DNA of 64,000 bases from Thermoplasmata archaeon (lineage in GTDB: Archaea > Thermoplasmatota > Thermoplasmata > Lutacidiplasmatales > UBA184). The translations under genes were made by a program, and so were the position numbers. Positions 18,517 to 27,981 of this stretch are shown here, one piece after another. Under the pieces are notes generated by a model. That model ran no database searches, had not been told where the DNA came from, and saw only the letters and a list, made by a program, of their open reading frames with translations. Every line of letters begins with the position of its first letter. Within the stretch, counting starts at the first letter, position 1. Where the stretch lies: contig JBKQMS010000003.1 of assembly GCA_052326485.1 (NCBI GenBank), positions 15,695 through 79,694 on the forward strand, read 5' to 3'.

Positions 18517-19430
18517 ATCGTGGACCTCACCGTCGGCTCGAGATGGAACTCGTGGTACAGCCGGCGGGCGGGATCGTTGGCGGCCGTCACCCAGAGGTGG
18601 ACGCGCTCGTAGCCGAGCGCCCAGAGCGCCCTCAATCCCCACCGGAATAGGTAGCGGCCGTAGCCCTTCCGACGGAACTCGGGGTCGACCATGAAGTTCA
18701 CGAAGATCCCCTTACGCGGGGAGCGCTCGGCCGAGAGGATGGCCCCGACGAGACGCGGGGGGTCGGGTTGGTAGAGCGCGGTCGACGCCTCGTCCAGGAA
18801 CCGACCGAGGCTGCCGCCGATCAGCGCCTCGGTCACCCGGCGGTACTCCTCGACCCGGTCGCCGATCAACTGAGCGTCGAGCGTCCCGCGGACGGACCGG
18901 AAGTCGAGGTCGGCGAGTGCGTCGACTGTCACGGCGCGTATCGGGACGAGCGAGAGATGGTCCGGCACCGGACCGGGGGGTCGCCCGTCGTCGATGGTGA
19001 GGGAGCGCTCCATCGCCATGCGCTCGAGGACGGTCGCCCCCGGGCGCCCGGCGAGCCGGCCCAAGAGCTCCTCCTCGTGCGCGGGGGAGAGGCCCGTGAA
19101 CCCGATGTTGATCGACCGGACCTCTGGCGGCAACTGCTCGAGGAGTGCCCCCGCGAGGCGTTCGCCCCGGTCGACCGCGTCGGTCTCCTCGGCCACGTGG
19201 ACGTGGCCGTAGGCCTCCTCTCCGCTCACGGAGTAGAAGGAAACGCCTGCTCCCGGCGCGACGGGATAGTACCAACCCGGGGTCCGTCCCGAGCGGAGCT
19301 CCTCGGCCGTCCGCTCGACCCAGTCCCCCGCCGGCGACTCGTCTCGCGCGAGCAGCGCCTTGCGGACCTGCTGGACGATCTCGACGAGGTCGTCGAGGCG
19401 AGCTCCGGTCGCTTTGAGAGGCTCGTCCAC
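18465..19430 (-). CDS. GNAT family N-acetyltransferase (possibly tandem GNAT)
   Basis: C-terminal acetyl-CoA motif FRRKGYGRYLFRWGL...ARRLYHEFH. N-terminal ~150 aa are unassigned. Confidence 0.7.
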   Translation of the reverse strand: MDEPLKATGARLDDLVEIVQQVRKALLARDESPAGDWVERTAEELRSGRTPGWYYPVAPGAGVSFYSVSGEEAYGHVHVAEETDAVDRGERLAGALLEQLPPEVRSINIGFTGLSPAHEEELLGRLAGRPGATVLERMAMERSLTIDDGRPPGPVPDHLSLVPIRAVTVDALADLDFRSVRGTLDAQLIGDRVEEYRRVTEALIGGSLGRFLDEASTALYQPDPPRLVGAILSAERSPRKGIFVNFMVDPEFRRKGYGRYLFRWGLRALWALGYERVHLWVTAANDPARRLYHEFHLEPTVRSTIYRVTRTSDPPQPHSDR

Positions 19431-19450
19431 GGCCGGCTCCTGGGCGACCT

Positions 19451-20326
19451 CTATCCCGAGACGAGGCGTTGGAGGATCTGCGCGATGTCGGGAGCGACCG
19501 ACGCCTTCTCGGCGGGGTTCCCGAGCGTATCGGTCGAGTAAACGTCCCCCACGACCGCCTTGATCCGCTCGAAGGCGTCCTTGAGGAAGAGCCCGTGGGT
19601 GCAGGCGGCGCTGATCCCCACGGCCCCCTTCTTCCTAAGGAGCTTCGCCGCTTCGACGATGGTCCCGCCGGTCGAGATGACGTCGTCGATGAGCGCAACG
19701 TTCTTCCCCTCGACCGGAACCGGAAGCGTGGACGGCAGGGAGAGCTCTACGTGTTCGCTATCGATGCGTCGCTTCTCGAGCGCGAACCACGGCTTGTCGA
19801 GCAACTGCGCCATGCGTCGTACACGGTCGACGCCGCCCTTATCGGGGGAGACGAGCAGGTCGAGCGACCGCTCCGCCAGCAGCCGAGCGATTGCGGGGAT
19901 CCCGCTTGCCTCGAACGCCGGCTTCGTGAACTGCGTGAGGGTCTGGGACGAGTGGAGGTCCACCGTCACCACGGCATCGGCATCGAGCTCGACATGGCGG
20001 CAAAGGGCTCGCGCGCTCACCGGCTCGCCCGGGAAGAACCGCCGGTCCTGGCGCGCGTAGCCGAAGTACGGGACGACCACGAAGGTCCGCCGAGCCCCGG
20101 CCTCGCGGACCGCGTCCTCGAGCAGGATCAGCTCGAGGAAGTCATTGTCCGTCCGGGTCGACTGGACGACCACGACATCCTCCCCCTCGAGCCGGCCGCC
20201 GATGCGCACGTACATCTCGTCGTCCGGGAAGCGCTTCGTGAACGGGATCCCGAACGGCGCGTTGCCGAGCTCGCGGGAGATCCGCTCGGCGAGCGCGGTC
20301 GACGCGGTCCCACCGATGACGTGCAT
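19451..20326 (-). CDS. prs: ribose-phosphate pyrophosphokinase
   Basis: MHVIGG N-terminus, VVPYFGYARQDRR, and the PRPP loop IDDVISTGGT. Start is set at ATG 20326 because the TATA box at 20358-20365 is too close to the longer starts. Confidence 0.9.
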   Translation of the reverse strand: MHVIGGTASTALAERISRELGNAPFGIPFTKRFPDDEMYVRIGGRLEGEDVVVVQSTRTDNDFLELILLEDAVREAGARRTFVVVPYFGYARQDRRFFPGEPVSARALCRHVELDADAVVTVDLHSSQTLTQFTKPAFEASGIPAIARLLAERSLDLLVSPDKGGVDRVRRMAQLLDKPWFALEKRRIDSEHVELSLPSTLPVPVEGKNVALIDDVISTGGTIVEAAKLLRKKGAVGISAACTHGLFLKDAFERIKAVVGDVYSTDTLGNPAEKASVAPDIAQILQRLVSG

Positions 20327-20357
20327 TTCGACCCCCGACATTGGGACCCGGGGTAGG

Positions 20358-20365
20358 ACTATAAG
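20358..20365 (-). promoter_or_regulatory. TATA box (CTTATAGT on minus strand) of prs
   Basis: Read directly upstream of prs. Confidence 0.4.
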
Positions 20366-20449
20366 ATTGCGCGACGGCCCCAGCTCACCCGGTCCCCCCG
20401 GGCCGGTACGGCCGGTCACCCCCCCGTGCACGGAGGAGCGAGAGCGAGG

Positions 20450-21817
20450 CTACAGCTCGTCGTCCGAGGACCGCTTCTTCGCCGGCTTCTCAGACCGCCG
20501 AACGTGCGGCACCGGGCGGCCCCGACCGGCGGGCGTGTGGGAAGGGGGAGGTCGGGTCCGGCGGCGGCGATGGGTTTCCGCTTCGGGTTCCTCCTCCTCG
20601 TCCTCCGGGTGACGGCGGCGCAGCCGAGAAAGCCACCGACGCGGACCGGATTCTGCCGGCGCGGCTTCGGCCTCCTCGCGGGTCTTCTCCTCTTCTTCCT
20701 CCCGGGCCTTCTCCTCCTCCTTCCGACGAAGAGGTGTTTCGATGCCCTCTGTGCGGAACGCGTAGTGGATCCCGAAGGCGACCAGGATGACCGCGACGAT
20801 CGTGAGGCCCATGAACTGCCAGGATTGGGGGGGAACGCTGCCGGCTTGCCCCTGCAGGAGGAGCTTCACGGCGCCGAACCATGGGATCATGCCCCGGGCG
20901 ACCCCGATGATCCAGCCCGGTTCCACGAGCGTGCTGAACTGGGGCACATTGAGCTGGTCCGTCACCGTGTTCTTGTCCCCCATCGTGAGGAAGCCCGAAT
21001 GCATTCCGAGAGCGGGCGAGCCTAGGTCGATGGAGATGTTCACGGACTGCCAGCCGATCCGGTAGAGGTTGAGGGTACCGGTAAGGCCCGTGGTTTCGCA
21101 GTTCGCAGCCCCGCGTGGGGGGACGTACGAGTACGCGGGCGGCGCCGACGTCCCGCACGGAAGACCGGTGAGGTCTGTGGCGTTGTACGAGAAGCTGGTC
21201 GGGTTCCACTCGAGGTACAGGATCGCCCGATGGATGATGGGGGTGGACCCCTGCCCGTTCGGCCAATACAGGATCACATCGCCGTACTCTCCGTAGGTCG
21301 AGTAGCCGGTCCGAGCCCCCGCCTCGTACGAAGTGATTCCCGACAGCGGGACCTTCTGCGCGAGGACCAGGTCTCCCGTGTTGATGAGGCCGAGTTGGTC
21401 GGACGTGCCGTGCTGCATGCTGTCCGACTCCACGACGTACACCGGGGGCCAGTTCTGAGTGTAGGCGAAGAGCGAGACGAGCAGGATCACGATGATCGCG
21501 AGCGCGACCAACGGTTCGAAGAACAGGGAATCGCGGGCCCGCCAGTAGACCGTCTTCTTCCCGGAAGGGGGAGGACCCCGGCCGGTCCGGGGCCCCTCCA
21601 CTTCGTCCTCTTCCTCCTCCTCGTCGTGCTCGGAGGCGCGCCATCGTCGCACCGGCGTAGGACGCGGGCGACGATACCGACGCTTGGAAGGAGAACGCGC
21701 CCGCCGACGACGTCGGGGCTCTTCCTCCTCCTCTTCGTCCTCGTCGTCTGCCTCTTCCTCGTCTTCCTCCGGCTCGTCGTCGTCGTCGTCCGGCCGGACG
21801 GATGCGGCGCGGGGCAT
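20450..21817 (-). CDS. signal peptidase I (archaeal/eukaryal S26B type) with highly charged N- and C-terminal extensions
   Basis: TM helix followed by VVESDSMQH (Ser box), GDLVL, IIHRAI (His box) and TMGDKN (GDxN box), then a C-terminal TM. The tails are made of D/E and R/K blocks. Confidence 0.75.
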   Translation of the reverse strand: MPRAASVRPDDDDDEPEEDEEEADDEDEEEEEEPRRRRRARSPSKRRYRRPRPTPVRRWRASEHDEEEEEDEVEGPRTGRGPPPSGKKTVYWRARDSLFFEPLVALAIIVILLVSLFAYTQNWPPVYVVESDSMQHGTSDQLGLINTGDLVLAQKVPLSGITSYEAGARTGYSTYGEYGDVILYWPNGQGSTPIIHRAILYLEWNPTSFSYNATDLTGLPCGTSAPPAYSYVPPRGAANCETTGLTGTLNLYRIGWQSVNISIDLGSPALGMHSGFLTMGDKNTVTDQLNVPQFSTLVEPGWIIGVARGMIPWFGAVKLLLQGQAGSVPPQSWQFMGLTIVAVILVAFGIHYAFRTEGIETPLRRKEEEKAREEEEEKTREEAEAAPAESGPRRWLSRLRRRHPEDEEEEPEAETHRRRRTRPPPSHTPAGRGRPVPHVRRSEKPAKKRSSDDEL

Positions 21818-21971
21818 CGGTCCCGTCTTTTCCGGGCACCCCTTAACCCTTCGTTTCGACCGGAACCCCCGGCGTGGGGCGGGGTAGGTGGTCGAGGGGA
21901 TGCCCCTCCCGGCGAACGCTTATGCGTACCGAAGCCAACGACCCCTCACTCGGAGGCGGCCGGCGGCGGTC

Positions 21972-22604
21972 ATGCGACGGATCGACATCTCGATGCCGCT
22001 CTTTCCGGGGATGCCTTCGTTCCCGGGGGACCCCCCGTTCGTCGTGACGCCGCTCTCCTCCATCGCCCGAGGGGACCCCTACGAGCTCTCCGGGCTATCG
22101 TTCGGCTCTCATGCCGGCACGCACGTGGACCCGGTCGGTCACTTTGTTCCCGGGGGCGCGACCGCGGACCGGATCGACCTCGAGGTCCTGAACGGACCGT
22201 GTCGGGTCGTCGACGTCGACCCCCGAAGGACCTCGGTGGGAGCGGATGATGCGGCGAAGGTCCCGTCCGGGACCGCTCGGGTCCTGTTCCGTACGGCCAA
22301 CTCGGCACGGTGGGCGAGCTCGCTCACGTTCTTCTCCGACTACGTAGGCCTCACGCCGGCGGCGGCCGACGCGCTGGTCGAACGAGGGGTGCGAATCGTG
22401 GGCATCGATGCCCTCTCGATCGAGAATGACCCCACCGGAACGTTCCCGGTCCATCACTCGCTGCTCCGTCGCGGGACCCTCATCCTGGAAGGGCTCCTGC
22501 TGGCGACCGCACCGGCCGGCGAGTACCGGCTCGAATGCCTTCCCCTACGCGTGCGCGATGGGGACGGCGGTCCCGCCCGAGCGACGTTGGTGACCCCCGC
22601 CTAG
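21972..22604 (+). CDS. cyclase family protein (arylformamidase-like)
   Basis: IDISMPLFPGMPSFPGDPPF and SHAGTHVDPVGHF metal-binding motif of the putative-cyclase fold. Internal ATG at 21972. Confidence 0.8.
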   Translation: MRRIDISMPLFPGMPSFPGDPPFVVTPLSSIARGDPYELSGLSFGSHAGTHVDPVGHFVPGGATADRIDLEVLNGPCRVVDVDPRRTSVGADDAAKVPSGTARVLFRTANSARWASSLTFFSDYVGLTPAAADALVERGVRIVGIDALSIENDPTGTFPVHHSLLRRGTLILEGLLLATAPAGEYRLECLPLRVRDGDGGPARATLVTPA

Positions 22605-22614
22605 GTCAGCTCGG

Positions 22615-23043
22615 ATGGCGCTCGTTCCTCCCGGTCCCGGGCCTCACGAGCTATCCCTGGCCACCCCTTCGTTCTACCTCCTCGCAACGACCCTCGGCCT
22701 CTTCGTGCTGATGCTGTTCCTCCTCCGCCACTATTACCCGAAGCGAAAGCGCGGGCTCGAAGGGTACCTGGATGCCGCCGGCGTGAGCCTCGCATTCCTG
22801 GCCTTCGGGGTCATCCTGGTCGTGGCGCTCGCGACGCGAGACCCGCGGGGCAACGGGACCGCTTACGCGCTCTATGAGACGATCCTGACGGGCTACTGGC
22901 TCGCGTTCGCGATCCCCGTCGTCACGGTGGGGAGCTCGGTGCAGGCACGCTCGCGGGGGGCGATCCGATGGATGTTCCCATCCGTAGCGATCGCCGTCGC
23001 GATGTTCTTCGCGCTCTTCGCCTACTACTACTCGATGACCTGA
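22615..23043 (+). CDS. hypothetical integral membrane protein (about 4 TM)
   Basis: Four hydrophobic segments; no recognisable family. Confidence 0.55.
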   Translation: MALVPPGPGPHELSLATPSFYLLATTLGLFVLMLFLLRHYYPKRKRGLEGYLDAAGVSLAFLAFGVILVVALATRDPRGNGTAYALYETILTGYWLAFAIPVVTVGSSVQARSRGAIRWMFPSVAIAVAMFFALFAYYYSMT

Positions 23044-23058
23044 GCGAAGCGCTCCGGG

Positions 23059-23241
23059 CTAGTCCCGCTCGTCCGGTGGGAGCAGGTCCGGGATCCCGTC
23101 CGCGATGGGATACTCGATGTGGCACTGGGTGCAGGTGAGCGTTCCCTCGACGATCTCGGCGCCCTCGGTCTTGCGGGAGGCGAGGGTGAGCCCCCCGCGG
23201 CAGAGGGGACACCGGAGGATCTCGAGCAGGTCGGGCTTCAC
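23059..23241 (-). CDS. Trm112-like small zinc-ribbon protein
   Basis: 60 aa with LLEILRCPLCRGGL...GTLTCTQCHIEYPIADGIPDLL, typical of Trm112/UPF0434. The GTG start overlaps the aIF2-gamma stop (GTGA). Confidence 0.65.
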   Translation of the reverse strand: MKPDLLEILRCPLCRGGLTLASRKTEGAEIVEGTLTCTQCHIEYPIADGIPDLLPPDERD

Positions 23242-24473
23242 TTCGCCACCCCTTCGACGATCCCGTAGCCGATCAGCCTCCAGGCGTTCAGCTTGCGGGA
23301 GATCGCGACCCGGCTTCCCGGGAAGACGGTGACGGCGCGGTTGAGCGCGAGCTCGAAGTCGTCGCCGCGAGCGCTCGTGACCTTGCCCGCCGCGATCGTC
23401 GTCCCGACCGTGACGGCCAGCATCTCGCTCGTGCGGATCTTCTCTACCTTGATCTCTCGCTGGGCCCCGAGGACCCGGTCGAGGAGGGTCGCGCGAAGCC
23501 GCATCTTCTGGCTGACCGGCGGAAGCGTCCCGGCGGTTCCGACCAGTCGCCCGGTGAGGCCGTCGCCCTTCGCGAGCGATGGGTCGAGGCTGGTGCCGAT
23601 GGCTGCCAAGCCTCCCGGATGCAGTTCCTGCCATTCCTGGCCTCCCGAGACGATCGACGTGATCTTCGTGGTCAGCGACTCCGAGCGTTCGGTGCCCGTG
23701 CCGGTGGGGCCTGGCCGGATCTCGATCTCCTCGCCCACCGTGAGTCTACCCTGAAGGAGCGAGCCCCCGAGGACCCCGCCTTGGAGCGCCGCGGGTCGCG
23801 TGCCGGGGCGATTGATGTCGAACGAACGGGCGACGTACATGAGCGGAGGCTTCTTCGGGTCCCGGGGCGGGGTCGGGATCGTCGCCTCGACAGCCCCGAT
23901 GAGCGCATCGATGTTGACCCGGTGGTTCGCGCTCACCGGGATAATGGGGGCTCCGGCGATCGGCGAGCCCTTGAGGAACTCGGCGATCTCCCGATAGTTC
24001 GCTTCGGCCTCTTCGGAAGAGAGGAGGTCGATCTTGTTCTGCACGACCACGACCTTGTGGACCCCGATGATGTCGAGCGCGTAGAGGTGCTCTCGGGTCT
24101 GAGGCTGGGGGCAGTGCTCGTTCGCGGCGATAAGCAGCAACGCGCCGTCCATGATAGCCGCTCCCGACAACATCGTCGCCATCAGGGTCTCGTGGCCGGG
24201 TGCGTCCACGAACGATACGGCGCGCAGGAACTTCGCCTCCCCGCCGCAGGAGGCGCAGACCGGCTGGATGGAGTAGCCGGACGGTTCCGGGCAGTTCGGG
24301 CACTTGTAGAACGCCGCGTCCGCGTATCCGAGCTTGATCGAGATCCCGCGCTTCAGCTCCTCGGAGTGACGGTCGGTCCACTCACCGGTGAAGGCCTGGG
24401 TAAGGGTGGTCTTGCCGTGGTCGACATGGCCGACCAGGCCGATGTTCACCTCGGGCTGGCGGGGAACCTTCAT
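23238..24473 (-). CDS. eif2g: translation initiation factor aIF2 gamma subunit
   Basis: GTPase motifs GHVDHGKTT and DAPGH, NKID, and the zinc knuckle CPNCPEP...CASCG. Confidence 0.95.
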   Translation of the reverse strand: MKVPRQPEVNIGLVGHVDHGKTTLTQAFTGEWTDRHSEELKRGISIKLGYADAAFYKCPNCPEPSGYSIQPVCASCGGEAKFLRAVSFVDAPGHETLMATMLSGAAIMDGALLLIAANEHCPQPQTREHLYALDIIGVHKVVVVQNKIDLLSSEEAEANYREIAEFLKGSPIAGAPIIPVSANHRVNIDALIGAVEATIPTPPRDPKKPPLMYVARSFDINRPGTRPAALQGGVLGGSLLQGRLTVGEEIEIRPGPTGTGTERSESLTTKITSIVSGGQEWQELHPGGLAAIGTSLDPSLAKGDGLTGRLVGTAGTLPPVSQKMRLRATLLDRVLGAQREIKVEKIRTSEMLAVTVGTTIAAGKVTSARGDDFELALNRAVTVFPGSRVAISRKLNAWRLIGYGIVEGVAK

Positions 24474-24847
24474 GCCGCTGCGAACAGCTCCGCGAGGGGC
24501 TTCGGGCCCTTTTGCTCGACGATCAGGTTGATCTGGACGGTATCCTCGCTGATCGTGTTGCCGCGGAACGTTCGGCGCCGCCGCATCCCTGACCGGGGCG
24601 CCTTGAACCCGAAGCCGTCCCCGACATAGAGCCGGGTCTGGCGTGCCCCGGGGAGGTCCGGACGAAGCGGGAACCCGCTCTTGTCGGTGCCGCCGGTGAT
24701 ACGGAACGTGTAGCCGGTCGCGCCGATCAGCTCTCCACCGACCGCCTCGCCGATACGCTTCCCAAGGAAGCCGGCCGCTTGCGGGTCGCCTACCGTGCGC
24801 GCGACGGACTTCTCGCGCTCGGAGATGACGAGCTTGTACTCTACCAT
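24470..24847 (-). CDS. rps6e: 30S ribosomal protein eS6
   Basis: MVEYKLVISE...GYTFRITGGTDKSGFPL...RRRRTFRGN. ATGA overlap with eif2g. The N-terminal part of the 183-aa track ORF is rejected. Confidence 0.9.
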   Translation of the reverse strand: MVEYKLVISEREKSVARTVGDPQAAGFLGKRIGEAVGGELIGATGYTFRITGGTDKSGFPLRPDLPGARQTRLYVGDGFGFKAPRSGMRRRRTFRGNTISEDTVQINLIVEQKGPKPLAELFAAA

Positions 24848-24886
24848 CCTGTCCTCAAGGAGCGGGGTCGCGCGAGTGGAGGGTCG

Positions 24887-24893
24887 TTTAAAA
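24887..24893 (-). promoter_or_regulatory. TATA-like TTTAAAA element in the divergent rps6e / A24-peptidase intergenic region
   Basis: Near-palindromic TCGTTTAAAACGA, 40 bp upstream of the rps6e ATG. Confidence 0.4.
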
Positions 24894-25060
24894 CGATTAC
24901 CTCGGCGGCGGGCGCCCGGCGGACCGCCTCCCGCGAGGTTCCGATGGGTCTCAGGTGTCGGGGAGTGGCCATCGACCCTATTCCTGCGGGTCAACGCCCG
25001 TTCGGGAACCGGCCTTATCAACCGGCTCTCTGTCCTCGGCCGGCAGGGCGGCGCTCCGGA

Positions 25061-25981
25061 ATGACGGACCTCGGAACCTACGCGCTCGGCGCCGACCTTG
25101 GCCTTCTGCTGGGAGGCTTCGCCTACGCCGCGCTGGCGGACTGGCGAGACCGCGAGGTCCCGGATGGCCTGTGGCAGGTCCTAGGCGTGGTGGGGTTCCT
25201 CATCGGGTTCGCCGTCGTGGTGCCGAACGGTACCCTGCCCACGCTTCTCTGGGCGGTGGTCGGCCTGCTGGTGATCCAGCACCTGTTCTCCTGGGATGTT
25301 CGGCTCGGCGCCTGGGGCGATCGGTACGCCGACATCCTCGAGCTCGGAGCCTACGTTGGCGTGGTGGCCGTCGTCGCGATCGCGGTCGCCCGGGTCGGGG
25401 TCGGCTCGGACGCCGTTCCGATCCCCGTGATCGCCGTGCTCGTGACCGTCCTCTTCGCGAGGGGGCTGTTCGAGGCTGGAATCCTCTTCGGAGGCGCCGA
25501 CGCGAAGGCGCTCATGATCGTCGGCCTTCTCGTGCCGATGTTCGCCACGCCGCTGATCCCGGTCCCGGGACCTATCGCCCCCGTCACGGCGATCCTGCCG
25601 TTCGGGGTGAATGTGCTGATGAACACGGCCTTGTTCTCCGTCGTCGTCCCCCTCCTCATCGCGGTGCGCAACGTTCGCGCGAAGGAGTTCCGCGGGCTCT
25701 CGGGATTCGTCGGCTACACGATCCCGGTCGACGACCTTCCCCGGAAGTACGTCTGGGTCCGCGACCCCATGTTCGGAGAGGCACGGGAGGAGGAGAAGTC
25801 GATCGAGACCTCCGAGGACGACCGCCAGCGACGCGTGGAGATCGCTCAGGACCTGCGCTCCCGCGGCGTGAGCCGGGTCTGGGTCACGCCTCAGATCCCG
25901 TTCCTGGTCGTGATGGCGGTCGGGCTCGTCGCCGCCCTCCTGGCCGGCAACGTCCTCTTCGACCTGATCTTCTCCCTCTAA
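25061..25981 (+). CDS. A24-family aspartic peptidase (archaeal prepilin/preflagellin peptidase-like)
   Basis: First Asp motif DWRDREVPD and second GGADAKAL in a polytopic membrane protein. ATG at 25061. Confidence 0.8.
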   Translation: MTDLGTYALGADLGLLLGGFAYAALADWRDREVPDGLWQVLGVVGFLIGFAVVVPNGTLPTLLWAVVGLLVIQHLFSWDVRLGAWGDRYADILELGAYVGVVAVVAIAVARVGVGSDAVPIPVIAVLVTVLFARGLFEAGILFGGADAKALMIVGLLVPMFATPLIPVPGPIAPVTAILPFGVNVLMNTALFSVVVPLLIAVRNVRAKEFRGLSGFVGYTIPVDDLPRKYVWVRDPMFGEAREEEKSIETSEDDRQRRVEIAQDLRSRGVSRVWVTPQIPFLVVMAVGLVAALLAGNVLFDLIFSL

Positions 25982-26033
25982 GGAGCCTGTGCCAAAGCTT
26001 TTCTTGGGGACCCCGGTAAAAGGGCGGTCGACC

Positions 26034-26456
26034 ATGCCGAAGGGGCGCGTCGCGAAGAAGACCCCGATCCGGGTGCTGATCGCCAAGCCCGGTTTGGACG
26101 GTCACGACCGGGGGGCGAAGGTGGTCGCCCGCGCGTTGCGGGATGCGGGCATGGAGGTCATCTACGCCGGCCTTCGGCAGACGCCCGAGGAGATCGTCCG
26201 GGCCGCGCTCGAAGAGGACGTCGACCTGATCGGGCTCTCGATACTTTCGGGCGCCCACATGGCGCTCTTCCCTCGAATCCTATCCCTCCTCAAGGAGGAG
26301 GGGGGCCGAAGCATCCCGGTCTTCGCCGGCGGGATCATACCGGACGAGGATGCTCGGCGTCTCAAGAAGGCCGGGATCCGCGCGATCTTCGGTCCGGGCA
26401 CTTCCCTCGAGGAAATCGTCACCACCGCTCGGTCGTTGGCGCATCGCTCGGCATGA
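26034..26456 (+). CDS. methylmalonyl-CoA mutase, B12-binding (small) subunit
   Basis: [24 protein letters not shown] (DxHxxG cobalamin motif) and GLSILSGAH. Confidence 0.9.
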   Translation: MPKGRVAKKTPIRVLIAKPGLDGHDRGAKVVARALRDAGMEVIYAGLRQTPEEIVRAALEEDVDLIGLSILSGAHMALFPRILSLLKEEGGRSIPVFAGGIIPDEDARRLKKAGIRAIFGPGTSLEEIVTTARSLAHRSA

Positions 26457-27421
26457 CGGGGTCCTCCTCCCGCCTTCCCGCGGCCGCTCGGGCGATCGTG
26501 GAGGGGGACCGGCGCGCCCTCGCGCGGACCATCACGGCGGTCGAGAACGGAGACCCCTCGGCGGACCGAGTAGTGAGGAGCCTCTACGCTCGCTCCGGTC
26601 GAGCCCCGGTCGTGGGTCTCACCGGTCCGCTCGGAGTGGGCAAGTCGAGCCTCGTGAACGCCCTAGTCGGCCGCCTGCGGTCGCTCGGACAGACCGTCGG
26701 CGTGATCGGGGTCGACCCGTCGAGCCCGTTCACCGGCGGCTCGGTCCTCGGGGACCGGATCCGGCTCGAACGACGCCCCGACGACACCGGCGTGTTCTTC
26801 CGCTCGATGGCGAGCCGGGGCGCGGCGGGCGGCGTGGCGGCGGCGACCCGCGAGGTCTCTCGGCTGCTCGACGCGGCGGGCTTTGACGTGATCCTCGTGG
26901 AGACCGTCGGGAGCGGCCAGGTGGACGTAGCGATCCGCGACATCGCGAGCACCAGCATCGTGGTCGTCGTCCCACACCTCGGCGACGAGGTGCAGACGCT
27001 GAAGGCCGGCCTCTTCGAGATCGCGGACATCTTCTGCGTCAACAAGGTGGACCTCCCCGGCGCCGAGCTGGCGAAGCGGGACCTGGCCGAACTGGTGACG
27101 CTCGGCGGTCGGCCGAGCGGGTGGGCTCCCCTCATCGTCGGCACCTCCACGGTGGAACCGACGGGGATCGACGAGCTCTGGAACGACGTGATCGCCCACG
27201 AGAAGTTCCTGGACTCCTCCGGGGAGCGGACCCAGGGAGAGCGGAAGCGACTTTCCGCGGAGATCGTCGGGCTTGCGCGGGACCACGTCGGGCGTGAGCT
27301 CACGCATCGGCTCGAGCGCGACCCGTCGCTGCGGCACCTCTTGGACCAGGTCGTCGCCCGGCGCATCGACCCCCGCACGGCCGCCGACCGCCTCGTGAGC
27401 GGAAGGCAGCGGGCCGGATGA
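26453..27421 (+). CDS. meaB: methylmalonyl-CoA mutase-associated GTPase MeaB/ArgK
   Basis: P-loop [16 protein letters not shown] and NKVD. ATGA overlap with the B12 subunit gene. Confidence 0.9.
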   Translation: MTGSSSRLPAAARAIVEGDRRALARTITAVENGDPSADRVVRSLYARSGRAPVVGLTGPLGVGKSSLVNALVGRLRSLGQTVGVIGVDPSSPFTGGSVLGDRIRLERRPDDTGVFFRSMASRGAAGGVAAATREVSRLLDAAGFDVILVETVGSGQVDVAIRDIASTSIVVVVPHLGDEVQTLKAGLFEIADIFCVNKVDLPGAELAKRDLAELVTLGGRPSGWAPLIVGTSTVEPTGIDELWNDVIAHEKFLDSSGERTQGERKRLSAEIVGLARDHVGRELTHRLERDPSLRHLLDQVVARRIDPRTAADRLVSGRQRAG

Positions 27422-27981
27422 TGGTGGACGACCTGGAGCTCGCCCTCGCCGTGGGACTGCTGATCCTCGCGGTGGGGATGGCCTACTTCGTCTTCGCCTC
27501 GTTCCTGTTCGGTGCGGGATACGAACCGACGCCTCGCCGGGCGGTCGAGACGATGCTGCGCCTCGGCGAGGTCGGCCCGAACGACAAGCTCTACGACCTG
27601 GGCGCCGGGACCGGGGCGATCGTCTTCCGGGCCGCCCGGACGTACCGGGCCCGCGTGGTGGGGGTCGAGGTCGAGCCGCTCCGATACCTCGTGCTCAAGC
27701 TAAGGAGGTCCCTCGGGCCGTTCGCCGACCGGATCACGCTCCGATGGGGGAACCTCTTCGACCTCGAGTTCCGGGACGCTACGGTGATCACCGCCTTCCT
27801 CTGGCCCGGCGCCATGGCCCGCCTGCGCCCCAAGCTGGAGGCCGAGCTTCCCGACGGGGCCCGCGTGGTGAGCCACTGCCACCCGGTCCAAGGCTGGACC
27901 CCCGAGACGCATGACGCGGCCACGGACGTCTACCTCTACCGGTGGCCGGCCGCGCGCGTGTCGTCCCCGAACCCGAAGTGA
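27418..27981 (+). CDS. class I SAM-dependent methyltransferase with an N-terminal TM helix
   Basis: Motif I LYDLGAGTGAIV and GVEVEP. ATGA overlap with meaB. Confidence 0.75.
   Translation: MMVDDLELALAVGLLILAVGMAYFVFASFLFGAGYEPTPRRAVETMLRLGEVGPNDKLYDLGAGTGAIVFRAARTYRARVVGVEVEPLRYLVLKLRRSLGPFADRITLRWGNLFDLEFRDATVITAFLWPGAMARLRPKLEAELPDGARVVSHCHPVQGWTPETHDAATDVYLYRWPAARVSSPNPK

Noticed and set aside
21918-21930. 13-mer GCTTATGCGTACC repeated at 32194-32206
   Set aside because: A single exact 13-mer pair is expected by chance in 64 kb. At the second site it simply spans a start codon, and there is no extended similarity.
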